Source: a virus
Virus record (IMG/VR): IMGVR_UViG_3300032053_000040
Location: 1-64,000 of that record
Strand: one strand, 5' to 3'
DNA: 64,000 nucleotides
In this document: one piece after another, positions 47,977 through 57,758 of the stretch
Position numbering within the stretch: the stretch's first letter is position 1
Layout: each line of letters begins with the position of its first letter
The notes under the pieces: model-generated
Seen by the model: only the letters and a program-made list of their open reading frames with translations
What the model was told of the DNA's origin: nothing
The model's database searches: none
Position numbers and translations under genes: made by a program

Positions 47977-48312
47977 GCCTATAATCAAAAGGATGACGTT
48001 TACATAATAGATGCCAAGGGCAAAAAGGCGATCAAAGAGCAGCTCAAGGATGCAATTCTCTGTGCTGGAGCGGATCACGTAACCTTCAAGCGCGATGGGA
48101 CGATAGAGGCCAAGTTCAGCTATTTCTACAGGATGGGGAATACCCCAAAAAGCGTATGCTATAAGCTGACAAGAGCAGTTCCGGGCCTGAAGGTTGTGGA
48201 TGCTTGGGACGATTTCGCTAGGTGGCCCAAGACGAGCTATTTCCATATACTGGTGTTCTATGGAGAGCAGGAGAAGTACAACGAGATCATTGCAAAGAGG
48301 TGTGGAAATTGA
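47974..48312 (+). CDS. Hypothetical protein
   Basis: Starts at the repeat's ATG. Confidence 0.7.
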   Translation: MAYNQKDDVYIIDAKGKKAIKEQLKDAILCAGADHVTFKRDGTIEAKFSYFYRMGNTPKSVCYKLTRAVPGLKVVDAWDDFARWPKTSYFHILVFYGEQEKYNEIIAKRCGN

Positions 48313-48482
48313 AGTCCGTCACCTACTGCCACGAGTGCAAAAAAACACTCCTGCGCACAAAAAATAAGAAGACAGCATGTGCGGCTGCCCGGGGTCATAT
48401 GGCAGCAACGTCCCATATCCTGGTGTTCGGCTACACGTTAAACGAGGCCTGCGAGAAGGGGCTGATCGGAAAGGTGGTCTAA
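48309..48482 (+). CDS. Small C2H2-like zinc-finger protein
   Basis: CHEC...HMAATSH. Confidence 0.5.
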   Translation: MKSVTYCHECKKTLLRTKNKKTACAAARGHMAATSHILVFGYTLNEACEKGLIGKVV

Positions 48483-48483
48483 G

Positions 48484-48636
48484 ATGGACGAGAAGGCCAT
48501 AGAGAAATGGATAATCCGCAACGAGATGCGGATTGGCGAGCTCAACAAGAAGGGCAAGTATTGGTGGAACAGCGATGAAGTGATGCGCCTGGAGAAAGGG
48601 CAGGATAGGCTCATCAAAACGCTGGAGGGATACTGA
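48484..48636 (+). CDS. Small hypothetical protein (50 aa)
   Basis: Manually read MDEKAIEKW...LEGY. Confidence 0.5.
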   Translation: MDEKAIEKWIIRNEMRIGELNKKGKYWWNSDEVMRLEKGQDRLIKTLEGY

Positions 48637-48637
48637 G

Positions 48638-48883
48638 ATGCAAGTCTCCATAATAAACTCGGACGAGGGACTCTTCAAGGTCACCAGCGCCAAGGATGAA
48701 TCAAAGTTCTACGAGGTCCAGCTAGATCCCCGGGTGGCAACCTGTACCTGTCCACATTTCAAGCTCAGGTGTGCCAGGGCTGGCCTGGAATGTAAACATA
48801 TATCCCAAGTTAGAAGCATTTTGGTGGATGTGAATAATGAAAACAATTGTTTTGACACAGGGATATGTAACAATGGTGGATGA
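48638..48883 (+). CDS. SWIM zinc-finger protein
   Basis: CTCPHF...CKHI. Confidence 0.8.
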   Translation: MQVSIINSDEGLFKVTSAKDESKFYEVQLDPRVATCTCPHFKLRCARAGLECKHISQVRSILVDVNNENNCFDTGICNNGG

Positions 48884-49331
48884 TTGGAATTACGAACGAT
48901 TGAATCGATATAAGTGGCACGTAACTAAAAGGCATGTTTATTTGTATGCAACCCGCAGTTATAGTTGTAAAGGGCACAAGAATAGTATCGGAATGCACAA
49001 TGTAATAATAGGAATAAAAGGCGTTGATCATATTAATGGCAATGGTCTAGATAATCGCGAATGCAATCTAAGACCTGCAAGCAGATCACAAAACGCCGCG
49101 AACAGAGGGCCGCAAAAAAATAACACAAGTGGATATAAAGGTGTATATTGGCACGCAAAAATGAAAAAATGGCGGGCAATGATTATGGTAAAACCAAAAC
49201 TGAAATCCCTTGGTCTTTTTGACGATATCAAAGATGCGGCAAACGCCTATAACGAAGCCGCGAAAAAATATTACGGGAATTATGCAAAATTAAACAATCC
49301 GAAGATAGAGTTCGAGGAGGCAGAAACGTGA
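48837..49331 (+). CDS. HNH endonuclease with AP2 domain
   Basis: VDHINGNGLDNRECNLR; SGYKGV...KWRA...LGLF...AANAYN. Confidence 0.92.
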   Translation: MKTIVLTQGYVTMVDDWNYERLNRYKWHVTKRHVYLYATRSYSCKGHKNSIGMHNVIIGIKGVDHINGNGLDNRECNLRPASRSQNAANRGPQKNNTSGYKGVYWHAKMKKWRAMIMVKPKLKSLGLFDDIKDAANAYNEAAKKYYGNYAKLNNPKIEFEEAET

Positions 49332-49447
49332 ACGATATCGAGATGGATGCAATTAGGGCAGACGAGGCAATGATGGAGGATTCATATTGCATAGAACTCA
49401 GCGACGAGAGCGAGGACGATTACGAATCCTGGGATGGGATAAGATAG

Positions 49448-49705
49448 GTGGTGAAGATGGAACCATTTGAAGGCCCATACGATCAGCATTTCGAATATCT
49501 CAAAAACGAACTGATGTTGTGTGCGCTAGAATTAGGGTGCAACGTGGCTTTGCTAGATGCCCTAAAGTTCAGCCGATCTAAAGACGACCTGTGCAAAACC
49601 GTGAACCAGGCGACAGGCGCCGGATCACAGCGGTTCAAGGAGTTCGCTGAGATATTTCTTTGTGGATATGATAGGAGGAGAGAAAAATGCAGCTCAAATC
49701 CATAA
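49448..49705 (+). CDS. Hypothetical protein
   Basis: ORF track. Confidence 0.55.
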   Translation: MVKMEPFEGPYDQHFEYLKNELMLCALELGCNVALLDALKFSRSKDDLCKTVNQATGAGSQRFKEFAEIFLCGYDRRREKCSSNP

Positions 49706-49848
49706 GCGAGCTGTCGATAATATTCGTTCGGCATATAGCGAAGCAGCCTCTCCAGGGCGAGCCAGGATACGGCAGAGGATATACAGATGAAGATGTTTTG
49801 TCCTGCATAAATATGTGCAGGGACATTATCGAACGTGAGGGATGGTAG

Positions 49849-50097
49849 ATGGTGAAAGTTGAGTTGTTCAGGCTGGCGGCACTATCCAAGCCAGCAAAGA
49901 AAGCTTGCAAGACAACCGGGCAGAGAAGGTGGTGGATGAAGGGGCCGAACGGGTTCGTTAAACTGCCCTACACGCCAGGCGACCAGGATCTCAAGGCGGA
50001 GCTCGACCTGGAGCCGGGGACGTACACGTTGGGAACAGGCCCCTCAGGGAAGCTCGGGTACAGGGAGACGATCATAGTAGGCGAGGAGGTGGCTTGA
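49849..50097 (+). CDS. Hypothetical protein
   Basis: ORF track. Confidence 0.6.
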   Translation: MVKVELFRLAALSKPAKKACKTTGQRRWWMKGPNGFVKLPYTPGDQDLKAELDLEPGTYTLGTGPSGKLGYRETIIVGEEVA

Positions 50098-50098
50098 G

Positions 50099-50647
50099 AT
50101 GGGCGTAAACGAGGATCTGGATGCGCGGGATGCGGCATTATGCAAATGTGGTGACCTTCCTCATCCAGAATGCCCCCTGCATGGAGTCGGGTCTGAGTTG
50201 GGCCACCAAGACCAACAAGACGGTGGGGTGATATCTGAATTAGAGGAGCAAATCCAGGTAGTCAGGGAAGCCAGGAACCGCTTCTCCGTCGAGAAGTCTA
50301 GCCTGGATGCTGCTAGATTTGTCTGGGAGGAAGGGAATCGCTCCCAAATCGAGCTAGTCGATAGCATCAAGGTCGCTCTCCAGGCAGAGGAAAACAAGCT
50401 TCGGGAGATGACGATTGGGGTATACTTCTGGACAAAAAACAAGAAGCCAGCTCCCGGCGTAGGGATCAGGCTCGTGAAGATCTTCAATTACGATACAGAG
50501 AAGGCCAAATCCTGGGCAGTTGAGCATAACTTCACGAATTTGCTGGATCTAAACGCGGCCAAGTTCAAAAAGGCGGCAGAAGGCTTATCCCTGGATTTCG
50601 TGGACGTAGAGGAGAAACCGACCGCAACCATAGCCGAGGTCCTATGA
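50099..50647 (+). CDS. Hypothetical coiled-coil protein
   Basis: ORF track. Confidence 0.65.
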   Translation: MGVNEDLDARDAALCKCGDLPHPECPLHGVGSELGHQDQQDGGVISELEEQIQVVREARNRFSVEKSSLDAARFVWEEGNRSQIELVDSIKVALQAEENKLREMTIGVYFWTKNKKPAPGVGIRLVKIFNYDTEKAKSWAVEHNFTNLLDLNAAKFKKAAEGLSLDFVDVEEKPTATIAEVL

Positions 50648-50965
50648 ACCGCTACGACTCAATCCTGGCCGGCCTGCAATGTCTCACAGACCGGCAGCTA
50701 TCTTCTCTGGTCCTGGAGATCCGGGCGGAGCAGATGAGAAGAGAAGACGAGAAACACGTCCTGGCCGTGGAGCACTATCTGTCAAAACCGAAAGAGGCAA
50801 CGGCATGAAATTCGAGGCCAGGATCAAACGCAAAGGCTACACCCGGATCATAACACTCAATGAAGCCAACGAGCACGATGCCATGATGGAGGCTGCACAG
50901 AAGGGACGTGTCCTGTGGATCAAACAAGTACATTAATATCCGATAAACCAATATTTATTTCCGTG

Positions 50966-51016
50966 GGCAGCGTCCGTCAAGGCGGCGCAAGGCCGGTTCG
51001 AATCCGGCGGCTGTCG
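50966..51016 (+). ncRNA. tRNA-like minihelix (acceptor stem and T arm only)
   Basis: ggcagc/gctgtc stem stacked on GCCGG-TTCGAAT-CCGGC. Confidence 0.45.
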
Positions 51017-51044
51017 TGGCCCAGAAGGGCCAAGGTGACAAAAA

Positions 51045-51623
51045 ATGGAAGCAATAGAGAGCTTCATAGGCCAGCTAGGCGAGCTGGAAAAGATGGGACG
51101 AGAGGTAGAAGGAATACTGACGGCCACGATAGACCAGGAGACCGTCATCCTCGATAGGATAGTCGAAAATCTCCTCCCGATGATGAGGTTCATGGACTAC
51201 AAAATCCAGGTACACGGACACTCGATAGGCTATCAAACGAAAGAGTGGCTGTACGAATATTCCGAGGAGAAGGGGCTGATCCTGGTTAACAATACCAAAC
51301 AGCGTTCTGATGATAGGGACAACAGAGGGTGGTACGAAGGGGATATCCTCGTGCTGACAAGATCAGGCAAGTTTATTCTTTTCACCCAGGAAGGCGATTG
51401 GTCACGGTGGCAGGGGGAGCATAGCCATTTCAACAATACTGCGACCGACATGGATACCAAAGCTGCCATAAAACGCTATAGCCTTCAGGAAATTGTAAAA
51501 GGCCTGAACGAGTCCTTCAAGGAGGCAGTCGAAAAGGCCAACAAGAAGAAAGCGATGCTGAACAGCCGCATGACCCAGCTCCAGGCAATCGAGAATATCC
51601 TTGCGGGAAAGGAGAGTGCATGA
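51045..51623 (+). CDS. Hypothetical protein
   Basis: GGTGA RBS; 192 aa. Confidence 0.7.
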   Translation: MEAIESFIGQLGELEKMGREVEGILTATIDQETVILDRIVENLLPMMRFMDYKIQVHGHSIGYQTKEWLYEYSEEKGLILVNNTKQRSDDRDNRGWYEGDILVLTRSGKFILFTQEGDWSRWQGEHSHFNNTATDMDTKAAIKRYSLQEIVKGLNESFKEAVEKANKKKAMLNSRMTQLQAIENILAGKESA

Positions 51624-51946
51624 GCATGGCAAAACCATTCCGGCAGCTCACAAGAGCAGAAAAGGAAAAGATAGCACAGGCCAGGGAGTTATACAAGAAC
51701 TTCCTGGACGAGGACGAAGACACGAAGGGAATACTCGACAAGATCTACGGAGCCGGGAAATGGCACGCGCTATTCGATGCTCAAAGAAGGGCCCTGTGGA
51801 GGACCGGACGGGAGATGAAGTGGGAAGGCCTCATAAGCCACTGTCGAGACTGCAACGACTTCTGGAAATTCACAGCAGAAGAGACTCTGGAAGTCACAGA
51901 CAACGACACGTTCTACATGGGGTTGGGGTCAGTAGCTCCCCCTTAA
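51620..51946 (+). CDS. Hypothetical protein
   Basis: ORF track. Confidence 0.6.
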   Translation: MSMAKPFRQLTRAEKEKIAQARELYKNFLDEDEDTKGILDKIYGAGKWHALFDAQRRALWRTGREMKWEGLISHCRDCNDFWKFTAEETLEVTDNDTFYMGLGSVAPP

Positions 51947-51970
51947 TTCCCCCTCCATTTTTGAGGTCTC

Positions 51971-52768
51971 ATGGAAAAATGTGATCGTTGCGGCGATCCA
52001 GGCGCATCCTTCGTGGAGACGGATCCGGAGTGCCGGCTGGGTATCTTCATGTGCCCAAAGTGCAAACTATGGTGGGATAGTGAAAAGCGTGGTGAAGCTA
52101 TATCGAGATACATTGTAATAGGCAGCTCCCCGTGGTCAACAAAAGTTTATCAAGAGACGATCTGCACGTTTCCTGGTGAGTGGTATTTCCTAGATGCCCC
52201 CGATCTTGACCACCTCAGATCAGTGAAACCGTCTCTGGTTTTCTTCCTCCACTATTCCAAAAAGGTTCCTGACGAAATCGTAAATGGCTTCGAATGTGTC
52301 TTGTTTCATATGACAGATGTTCCGTTTGGTCGTGGAGGCAGTCCTCTCCAAAACCTGATAACCAGAGGTCTTCGGAAGACAAAGCTCACAGCACTGCGGA
52401 TGACAAGCGACTTCGATGCTGGCCCCGTCTACCTTCAAAAAGATCTTTGCCTAGAAGGGAACGCAGAGGAGATATACCTCCGAGCAACACGTCTTGCAGC
52501 AGAAATGATCAGGCAAATTTCTCTCGAAAGGCCTATTCCGAGGCTACAAACCGGAGATGTAACAGTATTCAAAAGACGCAGGCCTGAAGAAAGCCAAATC
52601 TCTACGGCCTCTTCTCTACTGGAACTACACGATCACATTCGTATGCTCGATGCTGAGGGGTATCCTAAAGCCTTCATAGATTTCGATGGGTTTAGGTTTG
52701 AGTTCAGCCGTGCTGCTCTCTATAGCGATCGGATAAAAGCCGACGTGGAGATCAGAAAGTTTATATAG
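51971..52768 (+). CDS. Formyltransferase (Fmt-like, sugar N-formyltransferase type) with N-terminal zinc ribbon
   Basis: FHMTDVPFGRGGSPLQN, DAGPVY, HIRMLDAEGYP. Confidence 0.85.
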   Translation: MEKCDRCGDPGASFVETDPECRLGIFMCPKCKLWWDSEKRGEAISRYIVIGSSPWSTKVYQETICTFPGEWYFLDAPDLDHLRSVKPSLVFFLHYSKKVPDEIVNGFECVLFHMTDVPFGRGGSPLQNLITRGLRKTKLTALRMTSDFDAGPVYLQKDLCLEGNAEEIYLRATRLAAEMIRQISLERPIPRLQTGDVTVFKRRRPEESQISTASSLLELHDHIRMLDAEGYPKAFIDFDGFRFEFSRAALYSDRIKADVEIRKFI

Positions 52769-52794
52769 TCGTATCCTGAACAGATATCAAGACG

Positions 52795-53463
52795 ATGTTC
52801 GAATCTCCGGAGAGAGTACTCGTCGTCGCAGCGCATCCCGATGATGAAGTTCTTCTTTGTGGTGGATCTATCGCTAAACTCTCAGAGCGTGGCTCATCTG
52901 TAAACATCCTTTTTCTCTCAACTGGCGCGGTCTCTCGCACAGGCGATTTTTCAGAGGTAAACATTCTGCAAAACTACGCAATCGAAGCCAGCAAGATTCT
53001 TGGATCAAGTATCTTATCATTCGACTCTTTTCCCGATAACGAGATGGATTCCCTACCACGTTTGGATATCATAAAAAAGGTAGAATCTTTTATAAATCAC
53101 GTAAGACCGCAAGTCATATTCACTCATTATCCTGGTTGTGCAAACATCGATCACAGACGCACATGCGAAGCAGTTATGATCGCCACCAGGCCCTGGAAAG
53201 AACGGATCAACGTCTTTGGAGGATCGGTCTTGAGCAGCACGGCCGTCCTCTATCCGTCTGAGTGGAGTCCGCAATTCTTCGTTCACCTCTCGAAAAGCCA
53301 CGTTAAAAAGAAGCTTAAAGCTCTATCAATGTACATCTCCGAAACCGGGCCTATGCCTCATCCACGATCAAAAGCTGCTGTTTTATCAGATGCCATACTG
53401 ACTGGCTCGAGGTGCTATTCAAAATATGCAGAATCTTTTATGGTCTTAAGGGAGCACTGGTGA
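52795..53463 (+). CDS. PIG-L/LmbE family de-N-acetylase
   Basis: AAHPDDE, IFTH...IDHR, YAESF. Confidence 0.92.
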   Translation: MFESPERVLVVAAHPDDEVLLCGGSIAKLSERGSSVNILFLSTGAVSRTGDFSEVNILQNYAIEASKILGSSILSFDSFPDNEMDSLPRLDIIKKVESFINHVRPQVIFTHYPGCANIDHRRTCEAVMIATRPWKERINVFGGSVLSSTAVLYPSEWSPQFFVHLSKSHVKKKLKALSMYISETGPMPHPRSKAAVLSDAILTGSRCYSKYAESFMVLREHW

Positions 53464-54431
53464 TGGATCTCGACGGAGCAAACGTACTGATAACTGGTGG
53501 AACAGGGACATTCGGTCGAGAAGCCTTAAAACTCCTCCCCCAGTTCAGGCCTCGCCGGCTAATCGTTTTGAGTCGGGACGAGTATAAGCAGCATTATCTT
53601 CAGAAAGAGTTTCCAGAAAACGATAGCTCCATATATCGCTATATTCTTGCAGACGTCCGGGATAAAGATAAACTCTCAGTTGTGACTCGTAACGTTGACG
53701 TCATCTTTCATGCAGCGGCACTTAAGCAAGTTCCCTTCTGCGAGACGAACCCCGACGAAGCCATCCAAACCAACGTATTAGGTACGAAAAACGTTTGCGA
53801 AGCCTCCATGAAGAACGACGTTGACTCTTTGATATTCGTCTCCTCGGACAAAGCAGTAGAGCCAGTAAACCTCTACGGAGCTACCAAGATGGTAGGGGAG
53901 CGGCTAGTGAACCAGTACAACTTCAAGTCCGACCACACGAAATTCTTCACAGTCCGTTACGGGAACGTTTTCAACAGCCGGGGCTCAGTAGTGGAACTTT
54001 TTCACCAGCAAAAAAGCGAAGGGGTTTTGACGTTAACTCATCCAGACATGACGAGGTTCTTTTTCCTCATCCAAGATGCCATCTTGTTTGCGGCTGGCGT
54101 AGGCGGTGCAGGAGGAGAAATTTTCGTTCCGGCGATGAAATCCATGCGAATATGTGACCTAGCAAAAGCGATCGCTCCTGAAGCAGAGATCAAGATCATA
54201 TTAAGGCGTCATGGCGAAAAGGTTCACGAAAAGCTTATCTCTTCCGACGAAGCGGACAGGACAGTATTCAAAAATAATAAATATATAATTCTTCCAAATG
54301 ACAGGAGGTTCAGTTTCTCGAGATATAATAATTCTCCCAAACAAGAAGGTCTTATCTACACGTCCGATCGCTGCTGCATGGATCTCGATGGAGTCAAAGA
54401 ATTCTTAAGAAATCACGACAGAAATATATAA
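53463..54431 (+). CDS. pseB: UDP-GlcNAc 4,6-dehydratase (PseB/FlaA1 type)
   Basis: ITGGTGTFG, SRDEYKQ, HAAALKQVP, SSDKA..P.NLYGATK, RYGNV..SRGSV. Confidence 0.9.
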   Translation: MDLDGANVLITGGTGTFGREALKLLPQFRPRRLIVLSRDEYKQHYLQKEFPENDSSIYRYILADVRDKDKLSVVTRNVDVIFHAAALKQVPFCETNPDEAIQTNVLGTKNVCEASMKNDVDSLIFVSSDKAVEPVNLYGATKMVGERLVNQYNFKSDHTKFFTVRYGNVFNSRGSVVELFHQQKSEGVLTLTHPDMTRFFFLIQDAILFAAGVGGAGGEIFVPAMKSMRICDLAKAIAPEAEIKIILRRHGEKVHEKLISSDEADRTVFKNNKYIILPNDRRFSFSRYNNSPKQEGLIYTSDRCCMDLDGVKEFLRNHDRNI

Positions 54432-54484
54432 ATACAAACAATGACATACAAGATACCAACTAAAATTAAAAAAGGTGATGGGCG

Positions 54485-55192
54485 GTGGCTAAAGAAAAGA
54501 GACCTATAAAATATATCGAAGGCTACTCCGAAAGCCTCTGGAAATCGCTAGTCGTCAAATCAATCCGGATGGGGTGGATAAATGGCCTGGTGGAAGCTGA
54601 AAAAAGGCTTCCCAAATCTACTATACAGAGGTTCTTAATCAGCGGTATATTTGAAGATCTATGGCCTCATCCAAGCGAAATATGGGCAGCGATAGATATG
54701 GCGAACCGTGGGGATTACGCAGGTCTCTTGAGCATAGACCCCCACCATGGAAAAGGTCTCTCTGAAACGTACTGCAATTATCACCCAACGTCGGACGAGT
54801 ATTGGTACAACAACCGTGAGTTTATATTCGAGAAGCTGAAAGAAAATCTCCCGGGCCTCTACGTGCCCACAAATTCGTTAGGGAACGCTCTTAACTGGAT
54901 GGTCCATAAACATCTCATCCCCCAAAAATCGCGAACGCTGGACGAAACCCCATTTAGAGGCATCCCTCCAGCATTCGCCGATCAGCACACGCCAGAGGGA
55001 TGGGAAAGAAAAACCCCCTTTACTCTCCTCTGCGGCCATCCCAAAAGCCATCGCATGCTGGGCTCGCAAGTGCAAAAGATTGGATGGGATGGCATCAGGC
55101 GTCAGGTTCATTCGGAAGGGATCCTGCCTAAAAAAGAAACACTCCCCCCAACAACAAGGCAAGGCCAGCAGACTCTCATGGTGTTTTTCTAA
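54485..55192 (+). CDS. Hypothetical protein resembling the MgsA/RarA C-terminal helical domain
   Basis: KSLVVKSIRMG...FED...PPAFADQHT.EG; no Walker motifs. Confidence 0.5.
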   Translation: MAKEKRPIKYIEGYSESLWKSLVVKSIRMGWINGLVEAEKRLPKSTIQRFLISGIFEDLWPHPSEIWAAIDMANRGDYAGLLSIDPHHGKGLSETYCNYHPTSDEYWYNNREFIFEKLKENLPGLYVPTNSLGNALNWMVHKHLIPQKSRTLDETPFRGIPPAFADQHTPEGWERKTPFTLLCGHPKSHRMLGSQVQKIGWDGIRRQVHSEGILPKKETLPPTTRQGQQTLMVFF

Positions 55193-55193
55193 A

Positions 55194-56369
55194 ATGCTCA
55201 ACGAAGAACCAAAAGAAGTGCTCTGGCTCGTGGCCGGAAACGAAGAAAATGAAGGTATGATACCGATCATGGAGAAATACAGAAGCCTCTCAAATCTCCT
55301 CAACACCAGGCACGTTCTTGTTACTAATTCGAAAAACTATAATATTTTTCAGGGGTCAACTTATTTTTTCGATCCGGGAACTAAGCAACTCAGCCTTCCA
55401 GAGAAATATAAATTTCTAGTTAATATGGCAGATATGCACGGCCTATTCGATTCGGCTGATATGATGGTTATAGGTGGGTTCTATCCAGTAGTGCTTATTA
55501 TGGCGTATGCTATTGATTGTAAGATGACCTCGAAAACAAGAAAGTTCTGCACCAAACCGATAATAGTAATGAACCCCAAAATCCCCGAAGGAGAACTATC
55601 CGACATTAATCCGATCTACCTCGATCCTTTCTGGTGGATGTTAGGGCATTACGATAACATTACTCTTGCAGTCGGCCAGCTCAAAAACGAGATGTATCTT
55701 GCTAAAAAGTATCTCCTCAAGTTCTATCCTCGTGCTAAAGTGAAGCAAACGCTGCTGCCCTTCGTAGAATATACCTACGATGATAGTCCCTGGTCTGAAA
55801 AGGAAGACAAAGTAATCTGGACAGGAAGGTACAATTCTCTTAAACAACCGGATCTGGCACTGAAGACGCTTGTGCTCTTGGAATCAGTTGGAATCAAGAC
55901 CGAGATGTACGTCCCTACTGCAAAAGCATCAAATACCGGCAAGGTACGAAAGGCACAGAAACTTCTTTCCGAAGTCAATATCAACTTAGATAGAGAGAGC
56001 TTCTGGCAAAAAGCTGGTTCTGCAAAGGTCATCCTTATCACCCCCTTGATAGAGGGGTTTGGAACAGGCATGATGGAAATAATCAGTCGGGGAGTTATAC
56101 CTGTTATATGGGGCGCAAAATGGAACAGAGATTACATCTCCCCGGACGAGGATTGGCCTCTGGTATTCAAGTTGCCTGGAGAGGGTGCTGAGATGTGTAA
56201 ACTTGCCCTCAAAGATTACGATTACTATGCACGCCTTCTGAGAGATAACTTAAAGAAGCGTTACTCAAGGGGGTACGATTGGGAGTTCTTATTAAAAGGC
56301 GTTTGGAAGTCGCATATCAACGGCAGGCATAGCGAAGAGTTCTCATTAGAGTATAAAATTTATGACTAA
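55194..56369 (+). CDS. GT-B (GT4-like) glycosyltransferase
   Basis: WTGRYNSLK and EGFGTGMMEIISRGVIPV. Confidence 0.85.
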   Translation: MLNEEPKEVLWLVAGNEENEGMIPIMEKYRSLSNLLNTRHVLVTNSKNYNIFQGSTYFFDPGTKQLSLPEKYKFLVNMADMHGLFDSADMMVIGGFYPVVLIMAYAIDCKMTSKTRKFCTKPIIVMNPKIPEGELSDINPIYLDPFWWMLGHYDNITLAVGQLKNEMYLAKKYLLKFYPRAKVKQTLLPFVEYTYDDSPWSEKEDKVIWTGRYNSLKQPDLALKTLVLLESVGIKTEMYVPTAKASNTGKVRKAQKLLSEVNINLDRESFWQKAGSAKVILITPLIEGFGTGMMEIISRGVIPVIWGAKWNRDYISPDEDWPLVFKLPGEGAEMCKLALKDYDYYARLLRDNLKKRYSRGYDWEFLLKGVWKSHINGRHSEEFSLEYKIYD

Positions 56370-57051
56370 AAATAATAAAGCAGCCCAAGATACGTATCTC
56401 TCGCTGGAAGAGATAGATCTGGATCTTGTAGACGACAACGAATTGTCTGTAAACGAAGAGGATGATCACACGTTCCAGCGTTTGAGAGACGAAATCAAAT
56501 CGCGTGGAATGGTAGACGTCCCGACCGTTCGGCCTATCGAGGGGGGTAGATATAAGGTTCTCGGCGGGCGTCATAGACTAGCGGCTTCAAGGGCAAATGG
56601 TAACAAAAAAGAACACGTAGTTGTCTACCGTAGAGCCATAAAATCCAAGGAAGACGAATTCAACCTCGTCAACAACCTGAACGCCATCAAAGGCACTCTC
56701 CGCAAAGGGAGCATCCTGAAAGTTATCAAGCAGCAGAACCTCGATCCCACGAAGCTCGATATACATAAAATGCCTTATGATCTTCTGATGCCTGTGATAA
56801 CTAGCGAGGATTTCGAATCCATCCAGAATGAAGCCCAACGTAACGCAAAGATCAACGCCATGTCCCTCTCGATAGCGAAAGAGATTGCAGCTACGCTTAT
56901 AGACGAGAGGGACGAGCTCCTCTCTTTCATGGTCGTCAAGGACAAGCCGGTCGCAGTGATCCGCATCCCCTTCCAGAGTTCGAAAGAGGCTCGGGAGAAG
57001 GCGAACTCTTTGAAAAACATAATCCAGAAAGCCCTGGAGGGCATAATTTGA
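56362..57051 (+). CDS. ParB/Srx-domain protein
   Basis: EIKSRGMVDVPTVR...YKVLGGRHRLAA...LNAIKG. Confidence 0.85.
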   Translation: MTKNNKAAQDTYLSLEEIDLDLVDDNELSVNEEDDHTFQRLRDEIKSRGMVDVPTVRPIEGGRYKVLGGRHRLAASRANGNKKEHVVVYRRAIKSKEDEFNLVNNLNAIKGTLRKGSILKVIKQQNLDPTKLDIHKMPYDLLMPVITSEDFESIQNEAQRNAKINAMSLSIAKEIAATLIDERDELLSFMVVKDKPVAVIRIPFQSSKEAREKANSLKNIIQKALEGII

Positions 57052-57758
57052 AAGTGTTCATGAACCAGCCCAACTATCTGCCTTGGTATGGCTTCATGGG
57101 CATGATGTCTCAAGCTGACGTCTTTCTTGTGATGGATGAGATCCAGTACGAAAAAGAGGAATGGCAGAATCGCAACAGGATCACAAGCAGCAACCCCAAA
57201 AGGTGGGAATGGATTACCGTTCCTGTCAGCGCCTCATCGAAATCCAAGATCTCAGAAGTGTCTTCGGTTGGAGCGTGGCGCAAGCAGCACATAAGTCAAA
57301 TCCACCACGCCTATAGCAGAGCAGCCTATTATGAGTGCGTCTCAGGGGATATCTATTCTGCTATATGGGGATCTACAAACTCTTTGCTAGATATCGATAT
57401 GAGGTCAACGAAAACTCTAATGGAGGTCTTGGATTTCAAACCGGATATCAAGTACATGTCCGATCTAGGATGCACCTCCAAAAACCAGCAGCTTGTCCAG
57501 GATCTAGCCGGTTCGGTAGGCGCTGATCAGATTATCGTCCCGAAGAACGCATTGAAATATTGGGATCTCTCTAAGAAGACTAGCCAAGATCTGTTGATCC
57601 ACGAATTCCCAGATATCTCTTACAAGCATTTAAATATCTTCGTGCCAAGATTATCAGTAATAGACATGCTATTCAATCTAGGCCCGAAGACCAGCAGGAA
57701 TCTCATCATGGACTACGAGAAGTATGCCATAACAGAGGTAATTCATGGAACCGGCTGA
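57048..57758 (+). CDS. wbqC: WbqC-family protein
   Basis: QPNYLPWYG, WQNRNRI, WITVPV, LSVIDMLFNLG. Confidence 0.9.
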   Translation: MKVFMNQPNYLPWYGFMGMMSQADVFLVMDEIQYEKEEWQNRNRITSSNPKRWEWITVPVSASSKSKISEVSSVGAWRKQHISQIHHAYSRAAYYECVSGDIYSAIWGSTNSLLDIDMRSTKTLMEVLDFKPDIKYMSDLGCTSKNQQLVQDLAGSVGADQIIVPKNALKYWDLSKKTSQDLLIHEFPDISYKHLNIFVPRLSVIDMLFNLGPKTSRNLIMDYEKYAITEVIHGTG

